Virus record (IMG/VR): IMGVR_UViG_3300043411_000192 | Span: 1-59,222 of that record | Source of the DNA: a virus | Taxonomy: Duplodnaviria; Caudoviricetes | Strand: one strand, 5' to 3' | DNA: 59,222 nt | Shown: positions 1-7,135 of the stretch, piece after piece | Layout of the letters: each line of letters begins with the position of its first letter | How positions within the stretch are numbered: position 1 is the first letter of the stretch | Position numbers and translations under genes: made by a program | The notes under the pieces: model-generated | Told to the model about the DNA's origin: nothing | Database searches by the model: none | What the model saw: only the letters and a program-made list of their open reading frames with translations

Positions 1-344
1 ATCTGGATGGGCTGGGGCACCGTGAACCAGTTGGCAGTTGACGACGGACGCTCCCACGGGCCGGGTGTGGCTGCGTCGAGCAGTCGGCGTGCTTCGGCGA
101 ACAGCTCGTCGCTGGTGCAGTCGCACGGCCCGATGATGTCGCCGTCAAGCGTGCAGACCATCCCCTCGTCGTTGCAGTGAGGGCAGGGCTTGCGCTCGTC
201 GCTGGTGTCGGGGTCGGCACGCAACAACCGGGCAGCGTCACGGAAAGTCGTGACCTCACTTGGTCCCGCAGGGATGGAGTAGCCATCCTCTGCCTCGACA
301 GCCATCCGTTCGAGTGCGTCTGCGATCTTCGTGCGGTCAGTCAT
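1..344 (-). CDS. Partial GC-rich early-type protein with CxxC motif and ATPGPW motif (Ead/Ea22-like); runs off the window edge
   Basis: Not in the ORF track. Read manually: ATG at 344 overlaps the TGA of the upstream ORF (ATGA). Translation MTDRTKIADALERMAVEAEDG...KPCPHCNDEG...LLDAATPGPWER stays open to position 1. Confidence 0.7.
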   Translation of the reverse strand, partial: MTDRTKIADALERMAVEAEDGYSIPAGPSEVTTFRDAARLLRADPDTSDERKPCPHCNDEGMVCTLDGDIIGPCDCTSDELFAEARRLLDAATPGPWERPSSTANWFTVPQPIQ

Positions 345-589
345 GATGCTAATCTCTCTAACTGTTCTGTCCATCCTAGATCTTCTAGTTCTTTAGTAAT
401 CTTACCATTCATCACTTCGTCAAGATGCTTTGCAAGAGTATAGAACTGTTCAGAATCTCTTTTCATGTGTGGACTTTTACCATTTTCGTCATTTACATAG
501 CAGTAGCCATTTTGGCATGGGATAATTCTACGGACATCTCCTGTCCACTCATATCCACCTTTTTTAGCTTTACCTTTTTTCTTACCCAT
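341..589 (-). CDS. Hypothetical protein
   Basis: 82-aa ORF downstream of a consensus leftward promoter; translationally coupled to the next gene. Confidence 0.7.
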   Translation of the reverse strand: MGKKKGKAKKGGYEWTGDVRRIIPCQNGYCYVNDENGKSPHMKRDSEQFYTLAKHLDEVMNGKITKELEDLGWTEQLERLAS

Positions 590-618
590 GACATTCTCTC
601 TTCGTTTTTAAAAATAAG

Positions 619-635
619 GACGATAACTATTATAG
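619..635 (+). promoter_or_regulatory. Putative late-promoter motif GACGAT-N7-ATAG
   Basis: GACGATaactattATAG upstream of the 671/883 (endolysin) genes; the same motif recurs before structural genes. Confidence 0.6.
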
Positions 636-657
636 CACAGGAATAAAGACATGTCAA
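629..657 (-). promoter_or_regulatory. Host sigma70/SigA-type promoter (leftward)
   Basis: Minus strand reads TTGACA-17 nt-TATAAT with extended -10 TG. Confidence 0.85.
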
Positions 658-670
658 GGAGACACTAAGA

Positions 671-889
671 ATGATCACAGACAGACAGGCACTCGACATC
701 ATCTTCCAAGCGATCATCGCTGAAGACGTTGTGAAGTTAAACTTAGAAGAGTTAGATGCAGTTTCCGAACTGTACTGGTATAATGATCCAGACGTTGAGT
801 TTGTAGAAATTGATTACACTCTTGAAGCTGGGCCAAATCTTCATGGTGTAAATACCGAAGAAGAGATGATGGAGACATACACATGTTAA
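671..889 (+). CDS. Small acidic hypothetical protein
   Basis: 72-aa ORF with AAGGAG RBS; overlaps the endolysin start. Confidence 0.65.
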   Translation: MITDRQALDIIFQAIIAEDVVKLNLEELDAVSELYWYNDPDVEFVEIDYTLEAGPNLHGVNTEEEMMETYTC

Positions 890-2703
890 GTCAATCGCAA
901 CTCCAATATGCCTGGGGTCCTGCATGTACCGGTTCAAGAGCAACAGTTTCTCTACACGGTAGAGGAAAGGTTACAGTTAGAACTTCTATAGTCGAAGCGA
1001 CTAAGGCTCTTAACTCTTGCTTGGTGAGATGGAACTACCAGACACGTTATGCTGATACTGGTGCGTATGTATGCCTGGCTGGAGAAACCGAAATATTAAC
1101 ACGGCAAGGGCTTAGAAAGATTGAAGACCTTGTTGGACAAGAAATTGAAGTATTAACTCGACGCTCTAAAGATGGCCACGGAAAAGGTGGCCCTGGAACT
1201 TGGGTGAAAACTCGTGTTGAATCATATGGAGATAATCCACTAAGGAAAATAACTCTTTTGTCTTCCGGTATTGAGAAGATTATATATGCAACATCTCACC
1301 ATAGATGGTATACTAAAGGTGATACAACAGATCCTAAAGTTGCTGAATTTGAATGCATTACAGATGACCTTATGCCAGGATTTAAGCTATCTTCGCTAAG
1401 ACCTCAAAGTATTGCTTCAAGAACAAATCCTTCTCCCGTTGGCATTGCTGCTGGTTTAGTTTTTGGTGATGGTACCTTAGATAACCAACAGGCCAGGATA
1501 CAACTTTTTGGTAGTAAAAATATTAAGTTCTTAAAGTATTTTTCTACCGAACAAACTGTAGATTACTACAACGATGATGAAAAATATTCAGAAGAATATT
1601 GTATTGTTAGAGGTCTTCCTAGGAGTTGGAAGACAAAGGGGCCAGATATTGAGGATGGTCCAGCTTATTTATATGGCTGGCTTGCTGGCTATTTTGCCGC
1701 TGATGGCAGAGTAACTAAAGAAGGTGCTGTTGAATTAAACTCATATAAAGAAGAAGATCTACAATTAGCTAGAGACATCGCTCTACGTTGTGGTATCACC
1801 ACTAGACCAATAACTAAGACGGAGAAAACAGTAACTCCACCTGGATCTGGTAAAGAATATGAAGTTACTCAATATAATCTTAATTTCCATAAAAAATATC
1901 TAGATGAATCTTTCTTTTTAGTTGATGAGCATAGAACCAGATTTATAGATTCGACTTCAGATCGTGAACCAAATAGATGGAAGGTTGTCTCTGTCGAAGA
2001 AACGGATCGCCTTGAAGAAGTTTATTGTGTTGATGTTCCCGAGACTGGATGTTTCACCTTGGCGGATGATATTCTAACTGGCAATTGCCGTCAAAAAGTT
2101 ACTGACACTGGTTGGTCTAACCATTCCTATGGAACTGCTATGGATCTTAACTGGCAGTTGAACCCTTATGGCGGTTCTCGCCACAATATCCCAACTGATC
2201 TAGCTGCGGCTATTTGTCGTATTAGAACAAATAATGGCAAGCAAGTTTGGAATTGGGGCGGATTCTGGTCTGGAACCCGTGACTGGATGCATTTCGAAGT
2301 GGTGTGCTCTCCAAGAGACATTGCTACTGGTATTAATTGGTCAACTGTAGCTGGTAACGTAGTTGTACCACCGACTCCTGTAGATCCAGTTGCATTACGC
2401 AAATGGGTTGCTGGTGATCTTTATAACCGTATTCAGACTGTCCCCGTTATGTGGCTGAATAACGCACCACATCCTCTTTATGTTGTAACTCTTCGTGAAG
2501 CTTTGAACCTTGTTCTTAACGAGAAATTACCTGTAGACGGGATTTACGATGCGGATATGGATTGGCAAGTACAGCGTTTCCAGCACAATGTAGAGTCGTT
2601 CTTGGGTGGCAATCCCATTCCTGAAAACCGTGGTACATTTGCTGATGCTACAAAGATGTATCTCGCCAAGGCTCTTGCCAACATCAGAGATGGTAAAGCA
2701 TGA
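883..2703 (+). CDS. Endolysin, M15-family Zn peptidase with C-terminal peptidoglycan-binding-like domain; contains an intein
   Basis: After intein removal: GAYV-CR...SNHSYGTAMDLN...WGG.W...DWMHFE (SxHxxGxAxD and DxxHFE motifs). C-terminal LPVDGIYD...VQRFQ resembles PG_binding_1. Confidence 0.85.
   Translation: MLSQSQLQYAWGPACTGSRATVSLHGRGKVTVRTSIVEATKALNSCLVRWNYQTRYADTGAYVCLAGETEILTRQGLRKIEDLVGQEIEVLTRRSKDGHGKGGPGTWVKTRVESYGDNPLRKITLLSSGIEKIIYATSHHRWYTKGDTTDPKVAEFECITDDLMPGFKLSSLRPQSIASRTNPSPVGIAAGLVFGDGTLDNQQARIQLFGSKNIKFLKYFSTEQTVDYYNDDEKYSEEYCIVRGLPRSWKTKGPDIEDGPAYLYGWLAGYFAADGRVTKEGAVELNSYKEEDLQLARDIALRCGITTRPITKTEKTVTPPGSGKEYEVTQYNLNFHKKYLDESFFLVDEHRTRFIDSTSDREPNRWKVVSVEETDRLEEVYCVDVPETGCFTLADDILTGNCRQKVTDTGWSNHSYGTAMDLNWQLNPYGGSRHNIPTDLAAAICRIRTNNGKQVWNWGGFWSGTRDWMHFEVVCSPRDIATGINWSTVAGNVVVPPTPVDPVALRKWVAGDLYNRIQTVPVMWLNNAPHPLYVVTLREALNLVLNEKLPVDGIYDADMDWQVQRFQHNVESFLGGNPIPENRGTFADATKMYLAKALANIRDGKA
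1072..2085 (+). mobile_element. Intein (338 aa) with LAGLIDADG homing endonuclease, in the endolysin
   Basis: Starts CLAGETEILT; block B ATSHHRW; motifs AAGLVFGDG and WLAGYFAADG; ends VYCVDV...DILTGN/C. Confidence 0.92.
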
Positions 2704-3095
2704 ACTGGCTAGATAGATTAAATTTAGTTTGTGACACCGCTAGATTCATTATGGATCTAGATGTGATAGATGTTTCTTTTGAATCTGGTCATTCTCTAGA
2801 GTTATACGTTGCCGTTTCTCAGAGAGACAGAGCACAGGGTCTATCTAACCTCAGTTCCTTAGATGTTGACGGTATGATCTTCTATTACCCAACTCCAACA
2901 TATGTTCCTTTTGGGATGAGAAACATGGAAATGGATCTTGATATAGGATGGTTCGATGCTAAAGGTAAAATGATTGGACACGGATCTTACGATAGGAATC
3001 ATAAGCATCCTATTGTCAGCCCACGACCTTTCAGCTATGTCATTGAAACGCCCAAAGGAACTCTCCCAATTTCAGATCTGAGCCTCAATGGCTAA
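2700..3095 (+). CDS. DUF192-family protein
   Basis: Motifs ELYVA...RAQGL...GMIF...MRNM..DLDI.WFD..G...YVIE. Confidence 0.75.
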   Translation: MNWLDRLNLVCDTARFIMDLDVIDVSFESGHSLELYVAVSQRDRAQGLSNLSSLDVDGMIFYYPTPTYVPFGMRNMEMDLDIGWFDAKGKMIGHGSYDRNHKHPIVSPRPFSYVIETPKGTLPISDLSLNG

Positions 3096-3264
3096 GGAAA
3101 AAGACTGGCTATATGAAGAAGACGGCTGTGCAGATTGCGGAGAAATAGAATATACAAATTCTAAAGTAGAAGGATTATGTCAAGAATGTCTTGATATAGA
3201 AACCGGAACAGGAGAAAGTAATGAAGTGGTTCAAGAAGTGGTGGAAGTCTATAATTCACTATAA
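3088..3264 (+). CDS. Small CxxC...CxxC (zinc-finger-like) protein, 58 aa
   Basis: Below the track cut-off. MAKEKDWLYEEDGCADCGEIEYTNSKVEGLCQECLDIE...; fills the gap between neighbouring genes. Confidence 0.55.
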   Translation: MAKEKDWLYEEDGCADCGEIEYTNSKVEGLCQECLDIETGTGESNEVVQEVVEVYNSL

Positions 3265-3487
3265 GAAGAAGTCTACCATCCTACAGGAGCGAATAGACTT
3301 TCTGATTAAGAAGATTGCCTACCTAGAAGGTGAATCTGATAGACTCCACAATGAGATAGTGATTTTAAAAGATAAAATTGACTATAAAGAAATAGTTCCG
3401 CAGGTAGAAACCCCAGAACTATTCGTCAATGGAAATAAAGTTGATCTAGTACAAGTTATGAATGTAACTAAAAAACCGGCCCCGTGA
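3221..3487 (+). CDS. Hypothetical coiled-coil protein
   Basis: 88-aa ORF with AGGAG RBS; ends inside the terminator hairpin. Confidence 0.65.
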   Translation: MKWFKKWWKSIIHYKKKSTILQERIDFLIKKIAYLEGESDRLHNEIVILKDKIDYKEIVPQVETPELFVNGNKVDLVQVMNVTKKPAP

Positions 3488-3497
3488 GGCCGGTTTT
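3470..3497. terminator. Bidirectional intrinsic terminator
   Basis: AAAACCGGCC...GGCCGGTTTT hairpin between convergent genes. Confidence 0.85.
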
Positions 3498-3498
3498 C

Positions 3499-3738
3499 TC
3501 ATTCGTCATCATCGTCGTCATCATCTAACATATAGATGGACTCCGCTATCTTTTCTCCCCTATAATAAATTGTTGGCATTGGCATAGTAGCTCTGAGAGA
3601 TTCTATCGCCATCTCCATTATAGTTGTTGCTAGGACGGGAGGACAATTATCTAAATGTACCTCAGGAGCGAGTTTCGCATTATCGCAAACAATGGTGATT
3701 ACCATTATCCCGGTGCCAAGATCATGAGCATCTTCCAT
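3499..3738 (-). CDS. Hypothetical protein with poly-Asp C-terminus
   Basis: 79-aa ORF with AAGGAG RBS. Confidence 0.7.
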   Translation of the reverse strand: MEDAHDLGTGIMVITIVCDNAKLAPEVHLDNCPPVLATTIMEMAIESLRATMPMPTIYYRGEKIAESIYMLDDDDDDDE

Positions 3739-3787
3739 AATGCAACTCCTTAAATTGTCGGCTATATGTTATATTTCGACAATTAAG

Positions 3788-5671
3788 TTATCCGTACATT
3801 TTTTCTAGCATTTCTAATGATATGAACTGTGGACTTTCACAAGATCCATTGTCAACATCATGTAGAACTATTATTCCTCTCCAATATCCTGTACCCTGTG
3901 GACCCATGTATCCTTCTTCGTGTTGATAGAAAGAACCAGCAGCGATTCCGATCTGTTGCTTACCACCGATGTATCTTGTAGCAAACTTTAATCCTTGCTG
4001 GTGTCCCATCACAAAAGATCTACCAATTATGTTTAGGCGGCCATCTAGTTGCCCACCATAAGACTTGGAAGTATTAGGATTATAGAAATAGTGGCAATTA
4101 TGTGAAGCATATCCGTCAGCTATAAATGTTTCAGTTGAAGTTGCTAGTTGTATAACTTCCTGTTCGCCTTCATAAGCAACATCTATAACTTTATCTGTTG
4201 GATAGCTATCACCAGATTGGACCCTTCCTAAACTATCAAATTTAGATTGAAGTTTTTTAATTAATCTATGAGTTCCTATTGATCCCATAAGTTTTAATTT
4301 ATCTCCAATTGATCCTAATATATAAACTTTCCCACAAGATTCCTCTGAATCGTCGGAAGGCCAATGAATATTATATTCATAGCCTAGTTTTTCTAGGATT
4401 AAAAGACTTTTTTCTAATACGATGTTATCGTTTTGGGCAAATCCCAATTGTAGACCTCCTTGTCCTTGATTGGATTTTGAGACATGTCCCTCTCCATCAA
4501 ATATACCAGCTAGGTAACCAGCTTCTTTGGTATCTAATTCATCCCATTCTGGAAATGGTCTACATATTGCAGAACTATTAACTTTAAGATCTTTAGTTGC
4601 TATCCAATCATACTGAGTTGTATAATATTTTCTAGCCAACCAACGATGATCTGCTGTAGATCTAAATATTTTACCACTTTCTAAAGTAATTCTATAAACA
4701 GGGGCTTTAATAGGATCAACAGCTAAAACAATACTTTCTCTATATTTCCTATGGTTATTGCCTAGTTTTTTATATTCATCAAAAGCTAAGAGTTTATCTC
4801 CTATTTTAACTTCACCAAGAGGAATATATTTTAAATCAGCATTAAGGACTCTATGATCTGGAGTTAGGCAATAACTTATACCATCTAAATCAACTGGTTC
4901 CAAAAAGTCATGGCGATGCCAGCCAGGAGTTAGCATATGATCCGTGCTTAATAGTCCCTGTAATTGGATATCAGAGTCAACGGTTTTATTCACACGGTTC
5001 TCATGGTTACCAATGATAAAGTGCTTACCCCAAGGCTTATCAGCTATTCTCGAATCTAGAAGTTCAAACGCTTCATTGCCAGAATCAATATCTGCAATGT
5101 ATCTACGACCCTCCATAGTGCCCTTACCTCTGTCATATGAGGATAAAGAACCCATGTTCCAGTGGTCGCCTAAGTGGATAAGTTTAACATTTTCAGCATG
5201 GATATGATCAGCCATGTACTGAGAAGCCCAGCCTAAGTGCTCTGTGGGCCTCCCAGGCTCTACCTGAGTGTCTGGAATAATGATATGGGTAGCTATACCA
5301 GAATTGTCTTTGCGAAGCTTCTGCGGCTTTCTAGACGCCTTAGGGAGCGATCTGATGTCGTCTTCGTCTTCTAGAATAGAATTAGGAGTGACTGAGATGG
5401 TAAATCCAGTTTTACTGACACTGATTCTATTTACCTTACCCAGAGCTTCCGCCTGCTCTATAGCTTCTTCGATGTCAGTAGACACTCTCTCAACTTTCTT
5501 TTTCTCATTCCAGTTTCTCTGACCATACTTAGCAAGAGCTTTACCGGAAATTGGTGGTAGGTTGTTATCCTCAATATACTGCAAGATACCTTTTTGTCGT
5601 AGCCCTGACTTCCAAAGATCTTCAAGTAGGTCGACATATTCGTAACTTGATATAGTACCTTGCTTGCTCAA
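3788..5671 (-). CDS. Calcineurin-like metallophosphoesterase with N-terminal extension; contains an intein
   Basis: Motifs IPDTQ, HLGDHWN, GNHE, (C)HYF and GHQQ; TTG start with AAGGAG RBS. Confidence 0.85.
   Translation of the reverse strand: MSKQGTISSYEYVDLLEDLWKSGLRQKGILQYIEDNNLPPISGKALAKYGQRNWNEKKKVERVSTDIEEAIEQAEALGKVNRISVSKTGFTISVTPNSILEDEDDIRSLPKASRKPQKLRKDNSGIATHIIIPDTQVEPGRPTEHLGWASQYMADHIHAENVKLIHLGDHWNMGSLSSYDRGKGTMEGRRYIADIDSGNEAFELLDSRIADKPWGKHFIIGNHENRVNKTVDSDIQLQGLLSTDHMLTPGWHRHDFLEPVDLDGISYCLTPDHRVLNADLKYIPLGEVKIGDKLLAFDEYKKLGNNHRKYRESIVLAVDPIKAPVYRITLESGKIFRSTADHRWLARKYYTTQYDWIATKDLKVNSSAICRPFPEWDELDTKEAGYLAGIFDGEGHVSKSNQGQGGLQLGFAQNDNIVLEKSLLILEKLGYEYNIHWPSDDSEESCGKVYILGSIGDKLKLMGSIGTHRLIKKLQSKFDSLGRVQSGDSYPTDKVIDVAYEGEQEVIQLATSTETFIADGYASHNCHYFYNPNTSKSYGGQLDGRLNIIGRSFVMGHQQGLKFATRYIGGKQQIGIAAGSFYQHEEGYMGPQGTGYWRGIIVLHDVDNGSCESPQFISLEMLEKMYG
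4097..4870 (-). mobile_element. Intein (258 aa) in the metallophosphoesterase
   Basis: Starts CLTPDHRVL; block B STADHRW; one clear LAGLIDADG motif (YLAGIFDGEG); ends FIADGYASHN/C. Confidence 0.9.
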
Positions 5672-5756
5672 TGTTTACTCCTTAGGTTTGAACGGTTTCC
5701 TCGTTATTACACGACTGTCGTTATTATAATCAACGACTGTATTGGTTATACCGACC

Positions 5757-5785
5757 ATTTTAACACACCTTGAGAGATTTGTCAA
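5757..5785 (-). promoter_or_regulatory. Host sigma70-type promoter (leftward, metallophosphoesterase)
   Basis: Minus strand reads TTGACA-17 nt-TAAAAT with extended TG. Confidence 0.75.
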
Positions 5786-5786
5786 T

Positions 5787-5815
5787 TTGACAAATGAAAT
5801 GATGTGTGTTATACT
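5787..5815 (+). promoter_or_regulatory. Host sigma70-type promoter (rightward, into the non-coding region)
   Basis: TTGACA-17 nt-TATACT with extended TG. Confidence 0.8.
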
Positions 5816-5820
5816 CCGTG

Positions 5821-6240
5821 GAAATTCGAATACAACTTACGAGTTCTGGGTTCGCAGCCTAGATTCTGACGAAGGATTCATCGGGCATCTTCGGATGTAG
5901 GGGTAGCTTCCTCCTTAAGTACCAGAAAGCACACCAGACATAATCAACTGTATGTAAAGGCAGACCTGGGTTACACGTTCGAAGTGTTGATTATGATACG
6001 TTCCGTCCTGACAGCTACGGCTGTATTTGACTAGGCTCCGTTCAGCTTCCATTACACTGGAAGGAATGGTTTTTAGTTGATTCCCTTGCACTTCTTGTCT
6101 CATCCTGAATTGCGGGGGGATTTAACTATTCACCGGTTTGCTAACCATTATCTAAAAGGAATAGGGGAAACAACCTCTCCTGCTTAAACTTCCTGAAAAC
6201 AATTCGGAATAAAATCCTCACTCTCAGCGTTAAAGCACAA
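5821..6240 (+). ncRNA. Candidate structured non-coding RNA of unknown class (~400 nt)
   Basis: Has its own consensus promoter and no credible ORF. Contains many helices, including UUCG and UACG tetraloop hairpins and long-range stems. Confidence 0.55.
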
Positions 6241-6242
6241 AC

Positions 6243-6271
6243 TTGACAGACCTGATAATCTATGGTATAAT
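6243..6271 (+). promoter_or_regulatory. Host sigma70-type promoter for the sigma factor / RNR operon
   Basis: Perfect TTGACA-17 nt-TATAAT with extended TG. Confidence 0.88.
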
Positions 6272-6306
6272 GATACCTATATCAAGTCGAAAGGAGTAGA
6301 GATACT

Positions 6307-7089
6307 TTGATTCTGAAAAACAAGAGGAAATTCTCTAAGCAAGAGAAGGAAGATCTTTGGGATTCTTATTACGAAAATCCTGATGATACTAAAGTTTTCA
6401 ATGAACTATTAGAAGCATACCTTCCGCTAGTAGAGATTATAGCCTCTAAAACTAAATCCAAACTTCCTGTTCAAATTGAGATAGGAGATCTTGTCAATGA
6501 CGGATTCTTTGGATTAGTTGATGCTATCCAAAAGTATGATGAATCAACAGGAAATAAGTTTGAAACTTATGCCTCTAACCGAATTCGTGGAGAGATTAAC
6601 GATAGGTTACGAGACTATGACTGGGTATCTCGCTATTCTCGTTTAAAGTTTAAACAGGTTTCTCAAACCGAAGCTCTTCTAGAAGAAGAGATGCAAGCTA
6701 GACCATCTTCTCAGGATATCGCTGATAGATTAGGATGGGACTTGGATGAGGTACTGAAGACTCAATCTTCGTATCTATCATCATTCTCAATAAATATTGA
6801 TGAGTATATCTCAGATTCAACCCACGAATCTTTTTCGCTGAAAGAAATGATTCCAGATTCTTCAGCTCCTGATGTTGGGTTCTCTCTAGAGTTATCAGAG
6901 ATTTCATCAGTGCTTGAAAAAAGTTTGTTTTCTCTCTCTGAACAGCAATCAATTATCGTATATCTCTATATTTACGAGGAAATGAAGCTAAATGAAATTG
7001 CTACACTCCTAGATATTAACATCAAACAAGTAAGTAAAATATACGATCAGGCATTAAAGCAAATGGAAAGTATGTTACACGTCATCTGA
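6307..7089 (+). CDS. Phage RNA polymerase sigma factor, FliA/WhiG (sigma-28) family
   Basis: Region 2 GLVDAIQKYD...KFETYASNRIRGEINDRLRDYDWVSR; region 3 QDIADRLGW; region 4 HTH YEEMKLNEIATLL. Confidence 0.9.
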   Translation: MILKNKRKFSKQEKEDLWDSYYENPDDTKVFNELLEAYLPLVEIIASKTKSKLPVQIEIGDLVNDGFFGLVDAIQKYDESTGNKFETYASNRIRGEINDRLRDYDWVSRYSRLKFKQVSQTEALLEEEMQARPSSQDIADRLGWDLDEVLKTQSSYLSSFSINIDEYISDSTHESFSLKEMIPDSSAPDVGFSLELSEISSVLEKSLFSLSEQQSIIVYLYIYEEMKLNEIATLLDINIKQVSKIYDQALKQMESMLHVI

Positions 7090-7135
7090 CGTTATCTATT
7101 CTACACTACAAAAATATCTAGGCAGGGAGTTCTCG

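Noticed and set aside
5866-5930. CTGACGA...GAAA resembling a hammerhead ribozyme core
   Set aside because: I could not build stems I-III around the core, and CTGACGAA pairs locally with TTCATCGG instead.
5965-5995. GTTCGAA suggesting a tRNA T-loop
   Set aside because: No cloverleaf, acceptor stem or CCA can be formed. No tRNA or tmRNA is called in this window.
5915-6103. 62-aa minus-strand ORF in the non-coding gap
   Set aside because: No RBS or recognisable motif, and it is antisense to a promoter-driven structured region.
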